DNA of 64,000 nt, taken from a virus (taxonomy: Duplodnaviria; Caudoviricetes). This document shows positions 29,450 through 37,602 of this stretch, piece by piece. The stretch is taken from IMG/VR virus record IMGVR_UViG_3300028797_000014, positions 1,951 through 65,950 of that record; one strand, 5' to 3'. The notes below the pieces were generated by a model. It was not told the origin of the DNA. It worked only from the letters and a program-made list of their open reading frames with translations, and ran no database searches. How positions within the stretch are numbered: the stretch's first letter is position 1; each line of letters starts with the position of its first letter. Position numbers and translations under genes: made by a program.

Positions 29450-29656
29450 TTATTCTTCCTTTGAGGCTATGATCTTGTCGATACGGTTCTGTATGCGCTT
29501 CAGGCCTATCCTCTGGCCTCCGTAGACGTGCCAGTCTCTCCTGTCCTCCAGGTTGCGTATCTTCACGCTCGTGCCCTCGCAGTTGCGGCCGTTCCTGAAT
29601 ATCGTGCAGTTGGTAGCCTCGTACCAGTAGTTCCTATATGTACCGACCTTAATCAT
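29450..29656 (-). CDS. Early basic protein 'X', copy 1 (68 aa)
   Basis: RBS AGAGGGA; near-identical to 63789..63992. Confidence 0.75.
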   Translation of the reverse strand: MIKVGTYRNYWYEATNCTIFRNGRNCEGTSVKIRNLEDRRDWHVYGGQRIGLKRIQNRIDKIIASKEE

Positions 29657-29664
29657 GGTTTGTC
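29463..29664 (+). repeat. Direct repeat copy 1 (about 200 bp, may extend further)
   Basis: Matches 63799..64000 (offset 34,336) except two synonymous substitutions. Confidence 0.95.
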
Positions 29665-29677
29665 CCTCTTTACCTAT

Positions 29678-29706
29678 AATATAGTTAAATACGGTCCGTT
29701 TGTAAG
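29678..29706 (-). promoter_or_regulatory. Sigma70-like promoter CTTACA-N17-TATATT for gene X
   Basis: -35 at 29701-29706, -10 at 29678-29683. Confidence 0.6.
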
Positions 29707-29857
29707 CCCATGGCTACTAGTTATTCAGTTTCAGATACCCCTGCCTATAAGAATACCCCCATCGATTTCTCCGGGAGCGTCGACTACCGACATGTGTCGT
29801 GAATTTGTCCTCGAGAGCGTTTATAATTTCGGGGACATATTAGTTATAGCAATCGTT

Positions 29858-30130
29858 TCAGACATCCACATTACGTATCTGTTCCTGCCTAGTCATTATC
29901 TGCAGCTTCTCGTAATACTCGTCCATGTTCCGATTGCCGGTCATTATGGCCTCGTAGTCGTCTACGGATATTTCCGTATAGGTGTTGCTGCCTATCTCGT
30001 TGACGTAGTAGTGGCGATGTCTGTCGAGTATGTCGGCGATGGTTATCAGCCTGTTCCTCGCAGTGGCGAGCATTGTAGAATTATAGAACATCAGATGGTC
30101 TGTCCTTTCTCGAGTAGTTCGATTGTCCAC
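29858..30130 (-). CDS. Hypothetical protein
   Basis: ORF downstream of the DUF4422 gene in the same orientation. Confidence 0.45.
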   Translation of the reverse strand: MDNRTTRERTDHLMFYNSTMLATARNRLITIADILDRHRHYYVNEIGSNTYTEISVDDYEAIMTGNRNMDEYYEKLQIMTRQEQIRNVDV

Positions 30131-30822
30131 GGGAATACTGGCATATTCTTCGATATGTACAACCAGTAAGCTGTTGACAGTCTCTCGCTGAGGAACGACA
30201 ATACCCTTGCCTGATATTCCACGTCGTTATTACGGCCCTGATTGTCTTTATTGTAGTTGCCGTTCTTGACGCGTTCTACCATGTCCTCGTATGTCTTGAC
30301 GCCCATCATTTCAAGCGTCTTATCAAGCACGGCAATAAGGAAATTAGAATAGTCCTTGAGCTGAGCTACTGTACATGTGCAGATATTGTACGGGATAAGG
30401 ACGTGACCGTTAAGGACTTGTTCTACGTGCTGTACGAGGTGAGGATACAGTTCCTTAATGGCCTTTCCCATTACTGACAAATCGTTCAGATTATGGTAAT
30501 AGTCATACTGTGCAGCTAAAGTCTCGGTGAATGTCATCGGTTGAGGAATAGCAGTCCTGTCGTAAAGGTCCCGAGCGAAACGGCGCCTGTAGTGGTTGAG
30601 CTGTATCCATTTGCCGTTATCATCGTCAGACGTATAGAACTTGAGGATTTCCGGGAAAGCGGCGACTTCACTGTAAAGTCTATGGTCGCGTTCCGACTTC
30701 GTATTGTCGAATACAGTAAAGCCTTCCGTAGAAGGCCATATCTCGTTTACTTTGTCAATATCATGCGTAATGATGTATTTATCCATGTGAATACCTGTAG
30801 ATACTTTATTGGACACACCCAT
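30091..30822 (-). CDS. DUF4422-family (glycosyltransferase-associated) protein
   Basis: IQLNHYRRRF, QY.Y.H...DL, PYNI and YQARVLSFLSERL motifs; start may be ATG 30786. Confidence 0.8.
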   Translation of the reverse strand: MGVSNKVSTGIHMDKYIITHDIDKVNEIWPSTEGFTVFDNTKSERDHRLYSEVAAFPEILKFYTSDDDNGKWIQLNHYRRRFARDLYDRTAIPQPMTFTETLAAQYDYYHNLNDLSVMGKAIKELYPHLVQHVEQVLNGHVLIPYNICTCTVAQLKDYSNFLIAVLDKTLEMMGVKTYEDMVERVKNGNYNKDNQGRNNDVEYQARVLSFLSERLSTAYWLYISKNMPVFPWTIELLEKGQTI

Positions 30823-30963
30823 TATGAAATTGGAAAAGTAATAAAAGGTTTGGTGTGCCCGATAAAGTACCTACCCTGGCCAGGAGGAAAATAACAAAAA
30901 GAAGAACCAGGATAGGTACCGCAACCAGATATGAAGTGAATAGAGTTCTCCGGTCGCTGTATT

Positions 30964-30973
30964 TAATAATTAG
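30964..30973 (-). promoter_or_regulatory. Module 1-type motif CTAATTATTA inside the replication cluster
   Basis: Overlaps the SSB-like gene stop and points toward the DUF4422 gene. Confidence 0.55.
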
Positions 30974-31518
30974 TTGTCTGTCGTCTTAGGTGCCTGGTCG
31001 GCATAACCCTTAGTGAGCTCGTATTCGATACACGGCTTGCCGTAGACACGGAGATCGTAGTCAGACAATTCAGAAACTTCGATGTCCTGCTTGTCGCTTT
31101 CCTGGATAATGGAAGTCACGGAGTTGAATACCTTCCCGTCGTCCTTGACATCTACGCGGATCTGGAGAAGGCCAAAGAAGTCCATGAGCTTTCCGTCCTT
31201 GTCGTACATCATTTCGGCAAAGTCTTTCGGGCTAGTAAGCGGGCGGATGTTAGCCCACATTTCCGGGAGCTTGCTCTTATCGGTAAAGCTGAAAGTGCAA
31301 GGGCGTGTAGACACGTGAACATGCTGACCTTCATTGTTAACTACGTCGAATACGAAAGAAATCAATTCCTTAGGCTTTGTCGGATTTCCGTCTACGTCCT
31401 TGGCGTATTTCTCGTCTTGCATAGACTTGCGGAGCATGATGAGTCGTCCGTTATATGCACCAGCCTTAGTAATCTGTGCGAATGCTTCGTTAGTACCACG
31501 TTCTTCAAATTTAATCAT
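30970..31518 (-). CDS. Putative ssDNA-binding/replication accessory protein
   Basis: Follows polA; beta-rich OB-fold-like pattern with an acidic C-terminal part. Confidence 0.45.
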   Translation of the reverse strand: MIKFEERGTNEAFAQITKAGAYNGRLIMLRKSMQDEKYAKDVDGNPTKPKELISFVFDVVNNEGQHVHVSTRPCTFSFTDKSKLPEMWANIRPLTSPKDFAEMMYDKDGKLMDFFGLLQIRVDVKDDGKVFNSVTSIIQESDKQDIEVSELSDYDLRVYGKPCIEYELTKGYADQAPKTTDN

Positions 31519-31579
31519 AATTTATTCCTTATTTTAAAGTATTTGTAACCGTCATTGATTACGTTATTAAATATAGAAA

Positions 31580-33565
31580 TTATTTATCCTCCTGTTTGAC
31601 TTTAATTTTTAATCTGAATTTCTCTTCCTCTTTCTTCTCCCAGTGCGTTTTGGCTTTCTTACCACTGTTTATCAGCCGCACGAACTTATCCGTATCTTCG
31701 GATTCCTCACATCGCAGTACGTTATGTTCGAGTACGAACGGTTCGCCGGCATAAAGCAAGTCAGAACCAGTACACTTGTGTGCTATCTCGTCCATTATCG
31801 CCTTCAGCCTGTAACCGTCATCGATACTGCCAGCTTCTATCCATACGGCGTCGTGCACTGGGGCTATTACCTTCAATCCTTCTGCCTTACAACGCCTGAG
31901 CACTTGCCTGAGGATATAGGCGCCGAAGCTCTGGATAGGCTGGTTACCCAATGTGGTAGCGGAAGCACAATGATACTTCGTGAATATGGGATACCCATCT
32001 GGAAGAATCCATACGCACCTGTCCGTAATACCACCGTCGCCCTTGTCCATCGCATTAATATAAATCTTCTGGTTGGACTTTGCCCTGTTATATGCTAGGT
32101 CCAGACTGTGCCGCATCTTGACGGCTTCAGTCTGCGTAATCTTACACCTGTCAGCTAGCCTCTTAGATCCCGCGCCGTATTGCCAAGCCAACGTAAACGT
32201 CTTTGCCTTCTTTCTGATACCTGCCTGCTCCTTGGTAAGGTCCTTCTTCTTGATACCTTCCGGCAACAGCCCCATCTTGATGGCGTTAAAGATATACGGG
32301 TCTTCTGCCTTATACAGTTCCTGGTAAGTCTCGTCGCCGTACAACAGGCCCATCAAGGCTGTTTCCTGGCTGTGGTAGTCGACCTCTATAAGGAACTTGC
32401 CTTCGGGAGGAGTCATCACGCCTCTCATATACCTTGTCCATTGAGGTACGTATCCTTCAGCGGGTTGACCCTGCCATCTTTGCGTCTTTGCCTTGTTAGG
32501 ATTCAACGTCGGCACGTAGACACGGCCGTCACGTATATTCCTTGTCCAGTTCTGCCACTTGTGGTCCTTGTACTTATTCGTAGTGATACCGTTAAGGCCC
32601 TTCTCGACGTGTTCCTTCCAGTAGAACCACCATTCCATGAAATTGGCGTCGTTCTCTCTTGGGTCGTCCCTAAAATCGTAGTTCTTCAATATGTCCGCTG
32701 ACAGTTCCCAGCCGCCGTTAGCCGTCTTGGGCCAGTCCTTTATGCCCTGTTCCCTGATGAATTCGTCGGTATATTTCTGTATCGCCTTCAGGGACTTGTG
32801 CATGTTCCCTTTCTTGTCTACCTCGAATATGCCCGGGAACTTCGCGTTCATGGCCATCTGGAACGCCTTCATTTCTATCTGGGCTCCGTCTTGCATCCAC
32901 TGCATAGCCTCCGTAGATACCGGTATCCCGTTGTTGCATATCCACCTAGACAGCTGCATGTCCTCGGACAGCTTCAGGATATACTCGTCCCACGGCAGAA
33001 GCCTAGAAGTATATATCTCGCCGACGTTCATAGAGCAGAACGGGAACAGGAAAGCACCGTGCTCGTATTCCTCATACCTGGATTTCCAGTAGCCTTCCAG
33101 CATGTGGAGATACTGCACGTCGTGGCAACAGTACGTGAGGATTTCTTTCTCGTGACCCTCTGTCTCGTCGTCTATACAGTATTGCCTGCACCTTTCCTTC
33201 TCCTCGCTGTCGATTTCGATACCGAGGAATTCCTTGCATGCGTTAGCCAAAGCCAGCTGTTTCTGTCTTATAGCCGTCGGAGTGTAATCGTCGTTCATTA
33301 TATAGCCGAAATAGCCGGTATCGAATACGTTGATTCTGGTAGTGTCCAGGCCCAATTTCTCCAGACACTTTGCTTCCGCTATCTCGTAGAAATGGGCAAG
33401 CCAGAGAGCGTCCAGATTGCGATTAAACCAGTCTTTAAAGTCCTGCCTCTGGATTTCGTCCTGTAGCCACCAGCCTCTTGTGTCCTTTCCGTCGTTTATG
33501 GCCACGCAGTACAGTTTGTAATCCTGCGAGGCGTTGAATTCGAAGTCTATTGCTATTCGTTTCAT
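31580..33565 (-). CDS. polA: Family A DNA polymerase with 3'-5' exonuclease
   Basis: ExoI IAIDFEF, ExoIII YCCHDV, motif A EVDYHSQE, motif B RKKAKTFTLAWQYG, motif C VHDAV; ATG 33565. Confidence 0.92.
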   Translation of the reverse strand: MKRIAIDFEFNASQDYKLYCVAINDGKDTRGWWLQDEIQRQDFKDWFNRNLDALWLAHFYEIAEAKCLEKLGLDTTRINVFDTGYFGYIMNDDYTPTAIRQKQLALANACKEFLGIEIDSEEKERCRQYCIDDETEGHEKEILTYCCHDVQYLHMLEGYWKSRYEEYEHGAFLFPFCSMNVGEIYTSRLLPWDEYILKLSEDMQLSRWICNNGIPVSTEAMQWMQDGAQIEMKAFQMAMNAKFPGIFEVDKKGNMHKSLKAIQKYTDEFIREQGIKDWPKTANGGWELSADILKNYDFRDDPRENDANFMEWWFYWKEHVEKGLNGITTNKYKDHKWQNWTRNIRDGRVYVPTLNPNKAKTQRWQGQPAEGYVPQWTRYMRGVMTPPEGKFLIEVDYHSQETALMGLLYGDETYQELYKAEDPYIFNAIKMGLLPEGIKKKDLTKEQAGIRKKAKTFTLAWQYGAGSKRLADRCKITQTEAVKMRHSLDLAYNRAKSNQKIYINAMDKGDGGITDRCVWILPDGYPIFTKYHCASATTLGNQPIQSFGAYILRQVLRRCKAEGLKVIAPVHDAVWIEAGSIDDGYRLKAIMDEIAHKCTGSDLLYAGEPFVLEHNVLRCEESEDTDKFVRLINSGKKAKTHWEKKEEEKFRLKIKVKQEDK

Positions 33566-33696
33566 ATTCGTCCTCAAATATAGTAAAATTTAATTATGGC
33601 ACGTAAGGCACGCATGTAAAATCCTGTTTATATTGTTATCATATTAAATTAAATATTATATTTTTTACTTCTTCTCGCGCGTAACTTGAAAAAAAG

Positions 33697-33802
33697 TGCG
33701 TACCCTGCGTACCCTAGGTCAAAATTGGCCTTTTTGAGCAAATTTAAGCGATTTTGGGTACGCATTTAAGTGTGTACCCAATGCGTACCCTGCGTACCCT
33801 AG
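33697..33802. repeat. Iteron-like TGCGTACCC array, putative replication origin
   Basis: Copies at 33697, 33706, 33782 and 33791, inverted copy at 33756, variant at 33771; AT-rich tract at about 33625-33695. Confidence 0.75.
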
Positions 33803-35646
33803 AGCTCGAAATCGTTACAAATTCCGGATTTCTCCTCTTTTTGGAACATTTTTATTGATATGCCCGGCCATACGCGCAGCCTCTTTCCATCGCCTAGCTT
33901 CTTGTGCACGCACTTGTACTTGAGCTTGGAAAGGTGCTCGACAAGGTCGGAATAGGCTACGTTTATTTCGTAGCGTTCCATATTATTGTCCTTCCATTCC
34001 TTCCACGTGTCGCGCAGCTGTGTATCGGTAATTTCGCCGCTACCGAGAATAAGGCAGGACGCAAAGAAATCGTCGAATACTATCTTGTTCGTCTCGACAC
34101 ATTCTACCTGGATTCTTTCTTGCATGAAGTCCGGGAGGATAAGGTCGCTATTCCTGGGACAATATGTCTTGTAGTCTTTACGGCATTTGTACAAGAAATA
34201 TGGTAGTTCTTCCTTGAGCTTGACTTCCCAGCTCGGGTCGCCGGACGACAATAACGGAGTACCGTCAGCGGAAAGCAAGATGTTGCCTTCGGCGTCACAT
34301 TTGTACAGGATAGCCTGCGCGGATTTAGGCTTCTTGATATTGAACAAGACTAAACGAGATACTTCGTGTTCCGCATCCGTATCGATATCCAGCTTCACGT
34401 TGCCGTTGGCCCATATATGGCCCCTGAACGAAGCCGTGAATGAATCCCTACCCTTGTATTCAACGTCTGCCAGGTCTCCACCAGTGGCCGTATGTATAAT
34501 CTGCGACTTCAGCATCATCGTATTCTTGTTATCGCCAACGGTTACCAACTGCTTGTTCCAAATCTTGGCGAAACCGAACTGGTTATTAAGAGACTGTTTC
34601 TGAAGCGCCTGTGTAGCTTGAAGTAAATGGCTGAAAGCTGCTCTGAGCATAGCGGACTTACCGCTTCTGCCGTGAGGGTCGTACATGTAGACTAACTGCC
34701 TGCTCGTATTCTCGGTCTCGTAGACCTGCCAGATGGCCGCCCTGAATACCGCGCATTCTTCATCGTTCTCAAGTCTTTCAGAAAGTGCGAGGTCCCATGT
34801 CGGACATTCACCCTTCGCTATAATCTTGTCCAGTTCGAGCTTCACGAACGCGTATTCTTCCGCCTTATACGAATAAGGCTTCGGGTGTTCGCTGAGTCTC
34901 TTGGCATATCTGCCGCAGAGTAACGGTAAGTTGACGTTGAATGTGCGCACGAATACGTCCTTGCTGTGTAACGTATATACGTCTGTGAATTCGGTAATCC
35001 TCCAGCAGTCCTCGTCGTTCTCGGGAGGTATGGCCTTGTAGTTAAGGCCTATGTCGCCGAAGTGCTCGAGGATCCAGCTGCTGCAACAGTCCTGGAATTC
35101 TATTGCGAACCTGTTCGTAGGACCCCACGGGAAAGAACCCGGAACCTTTTGCTCGAACGGGCCGGAAGATACCATGTCGTTGAGCTTGTCTAGTATCATC
35201 TGCTTGTATTTCATGAACAGTGGCCACAGAACGTTGTCGAGTATTTCGGGGCTAGCGAGCTGTACCAGTCCGTCTACGCCTTGCTTGAGGTGTATGACCG
35301 AGCGGTCCTTAAGCACCCAGTACATCGACGACGTATTTCCGCCGTCGCTCGAGGCCAGCAGGAAGTTATCGCCTATTTCCTTGTCGAACTTGTTCGAGTT
35401 TAGACCGAGCAGGTCCTGCTGCTTCAGGATTATGGACCTGTCGATGCCACCGCGTGCTACGATAGTCTTGCGGTATTTCTTTCTTAAGGCGGCAAGTGCT
35501 TCTCTGAGTTCGTCAGTCCTATTCTTTAACGCTATATAATCTTTCGCGACAATCCCGTCCAGGATTTCTTCGTCTTCCTTGCCGAGATCGATGTCTTTAA
35601 GGTATTCTTCTATTGGCTTTACGCCGGACTTTCTAGTTATCGCCAT
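33799..35646 (-). CDS. SF3 (D5/P4-type) helicase, possibly primase-helicase
   Basis: Walker A GRSGKS, LVTVGDN and TATGGD..DVEYKGRDSFT; probable ATG 35646 (track ORF extends to 35721). Confidence 0.8.
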   Translation of the reverse strand: MAITRKSGVKPIEEYLKDIDLGKEDEEILDGIVAKDYIALKNRTDELREALAALRKKYRKTIVARGGIDRSIILKQQDLLGLNSNKFDKEIGDNFLLASSDGGNTSSMYWVLKDRSVIHLKQGVDGLVQLASPEILDNVLWPLFMKYKQMILDKLNDMVSSGPFEQKVPGSFPWGPTNRFAIEFQDCCSSWILEHFGDIGLNYKAIPPENDEDCWRITEFTDVYTLHSKDVFVRTFNVNLPLLCGRYAKRLSEHPKPYSYKAEEYAFVKLELDKIIAKGECPTWDLALSERLENDEECAVFRAAIWQVYETENTSRQLVYMYDPHGRSGKSAMLRAAFSHLLQATQALQKQSLNNQFGFAKIWNKQLVTVGDNKNTMMLKSQIIHTATGGDLADVEYKGRDSFTASFRGHIWANGNVKLDIDTDAEHEVSRLVLFNIKKPKSAQAILYKCDAEGNILLSADGTPLLSSGDPSWEVKLKEELPYFLYKCRKDYKTYCPRNSDLILPDFMQERIQVECVETNKIVFDDFFASCLILGSGEITDTQLRDTWKEWKDNNMERYEINVAYSDLVEHLSKLKYKCVHKKLGDGKRLRVWPGISIKMFQKEEKSGICNDFEL

Positions 35647-35761
35647 CTTTGTCCTCTGTATCCTCTTCTTGTTTACCGTACATTTCTTTCCATACGTCCC
35701 ACACGTTCTTCTCATCCACATACGGACCGAATTTGCCTTGTATCATATATTCAAACCTATT

Positions 35762-35798
35762 AAAAAGGACCCCATACAGTGCCGCCTGTATAGGGTCC
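35762..35798 (-). terminator. Intrinsic terminator upstream of the helicase gene
   Basis: Minus strand GGACCCTATACAG-GCGGCA-CTGTATGGGGTCC-TTTTT. Confidence 0.75.
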
Positions 35799-35895
35799 AG
35801 TGTTAACAAAAGAAACTTGTTTCACTACTAGCGGCAACTGAGTGATGATTCAAATATAGAATAAATTTCTGACCGCCCGGGAAACTGTAAAAAAG

Positions 35896-35919
35896 TCTGA
35901 ATATTTGAGAATATTCAGA
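35896..35919. promoter_or_regulatory. Operator-like inverted repeat TCTGAATATT-tgag-AATATTCAGA
   Basis: Perfect 10-bp arms in the divergent promoter region. Confidence 0.5.
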
Positions 35920-35964
35920 TTATTCTTCGCGCGCGCGAAACGTAAAAAAATTTTTTCTATATTT

Positions 35965-35974
35965 CTAATTATTA
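35965..35974 (+). promoter_or_regulatory. CTAATTATTA (module 1-type) upstream of the sigma-2 operon
   Basis: Immediately after CTATATT (35957-35963), before RBS GAGG and ATG 35996. Confidence 0.7.
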
Positions 35975-35995
35975 ATTGATTAAGTGAGGTTAAAC

Positions 35996-36607
35996 ATGAC
36001 TGAAGAACATAAGCAGCACCTTTCAGACACCTGGAGTATGGCCAGACGCCGTAAGCGTGCTAGGGAAATGAAAGAATTCTGGGATAAGCATAGGGACGAG
36101 CTCGTGATAGCTAACCGCGAGACTGACAACAGGAAGCACATCGACCTGAAGGAATACAAGCAGACCGAATTCGGAACCGGCGAAAGGGATCGTGAAGGCT
36201 ATCGTGACTACCAACGCGAAGTACAGCGCAAGTATCGTGCCGACAAGAATTCGAAGACAATGCAATATTTTAGGGAATACGCGAGGAAGAAACACGCCAA
36301 GATTCGCGAAGACAAGATCGCCCTTATACAGAGTAACCTTGACGTACCGAGCCATGTAGTCGGCAAGTACGTGGTTACAGCCGACGGGAGATTCTTCAAG
36401 ATTTCTACCTGCCAGCAGAGTTTCCCTGCTTATATTGCGGTCGACGGCGTACTGATACCGTCGTTGAAGGTAATGGAACTTTATTTCGGATGCGAGACCG
36501 AAGTGGATATTGACCCATCGGTAGACGGTATCGGATATGACCACGTATCGGACGAGATGTTCAACAGAATCGTAGAGGAGTATTATGGCACGTCCCTCCA
36601 AGAATAA
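35996..36607 (+). CDS. Hypothetical basic protein, possibly degenerate homing-endonuclease-related
   Basis: ATG 35996; K/R-rich helices and a NUMOD4-like YVVTADGRFF segment. Confidence 0.55.
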   Translation: MTEEHKQHLSDTWSMARRRKRAREMKEFWDKHRDELVIANRETDNRKHIDLKEYKQTEFGTGERDREGYRDYQREVQRKYRADKNSKTMQYFREYARKKHAKIREDKIALIQSNLDVPSHVVGKYVVTADGRFFKISTCQQSFPAYIAVDGVLIPSLKVMELYFGCETEVDIDPSVDGIGYDHVSDEMFNRIVEEYYGTSLQE

Positions 36608-37139
36608 TTATTTAGACAAGGAGGAATTACGCGAAGCTATAATCAAGTACAACAGGTTGAATCCGAAGGATAACGGCGAATGGCTGGAGAGATATGAGAA
36701 GACAGTCAGGACTCGAGCCAAGGGCGACAAAGCCAAACTGCAGGAACTGTCGGAGTTCCTGGAACACAAGAAGGAATTATACAAGAACAAGAGAGAATAC
36801 ACGGCCGAATGGACAGAAGTAGAATCTAAACTTGTCGGTATGTTCGACGCGTTAATCAGACACAGACTACCTTGTTTCAAGGTACCCATAGAGGATATTG
36901 AGGACGTGTATTCTGAATGCATGTATGCTCTGCTCAAGTACATATCCAGGTATGACGAGAGACAGGACACGTCAGCGTTCGCCTACGTGACCCAGATTTG
37001 TTCTAATGCAATAAAGCTGTGGCTCGATGAGAACGCTCAGTCGATGTTCTGCAGGCTCCCCATGGATATCATTGATAATGGTATTGACGGTAATGTAGGA
37101 CATTCAGAGTATTATTCTGATGAAGATTATAAGGAGTAA
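36585..37139 (+). CDS. T4 gp55-like late sigma factor (sigma-2)
   Basis: NYLDKEELREAII resembles gp55 NYVNNKELLQAII and RYDERQDTSAFAYVTQICSNAI resembles [22 protein letters not shown] (gp55 sequence recalled from memory). Confidence 0.82.
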   Translation: MARPSKNNYLDKEELREAIIKYNRLNPKDNGEWLERYEKTVRTRAKGDKAKLQELSEFLEHKKELYKNKREYTAEWTEVESKLVGMFDALIRHRLPCFKVPIEDIEDVYSECMYALLKYISRYDERQDTSAFAYVTQICSNAIKLWLDENAQSMFCRLPMDIIDNGIDGNVGHSEYYSDEDYKE

Positions 37140-37602
37140 GCAATTGACAAAACAGAAATACATAGAGAAATATGGTATAGAAGGATGGGAACGTAAGCTA
37201 TTAGCTTCTCGGAGATGGAATAAACTAAATAAGCAGAGACATAATGATGCTAGTCGAAAATGGAAAGTAGAGAATGCCGAAAGATATAAAATCTATTCAC
37301 AGCAATGGAATAAAGATAATAGTGCTTTGCACATGGAATTATCTAAAACGACATATAGGGCATACTGTAAGAAAGACGAGTATGAACTAATTGAGAATTA
37401 TGAATTGGCCAAAGCTGATAACTTTGAAGGTTGGCATTGTCACCATAGGCTAGAACTGCACACGGATTTCTCGTTAAGATACACGGTAAGTTCTCTAAAG
37501 AAGTTAGACTTGTATTACAATAGACCTGCCTCTGAGCTTATATTCTTGACGCAGGCGGAACACAGTAGAAGACATCGCATAGCAAGGTGGATAAATGAAT
37601 AA
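37120..37602 (+). CDS. HNH endonuclease
   Basis: WHCHHRLE...YYNRPASELIFLT..EH...H motif. Confidence 0.75.
   Translation: MKIIRSKQLTKQKYIEKYGIEGWERKLLASRRWNKLNKQRHNDASRKWKVENAERYKIYSQQWNKDNSALHMELSKTTYRAYCKKDEYELIENYELAKADNFEGWHCHHRLELHTDFSLRYTVSSLKKLDLYYNRPASELIFLTQAEHSRRHRIARWINE

Noticed and set aside
29094-31587. Additional ATAAATA matches on the minus strand (29094-29101, 31581-31587) and in coding regions
   Set aside because: They are imperfect, and antisense to or overlapping coding ends without the TAAGAG context; not counted as late promoters.
33697-33802. Possible mini-CRISPR array
   Set aside because: Repeats are 9-21 bp, abutting or irregularly spaced, include an inverted copy, and no cas genes are present; an origin fits better.
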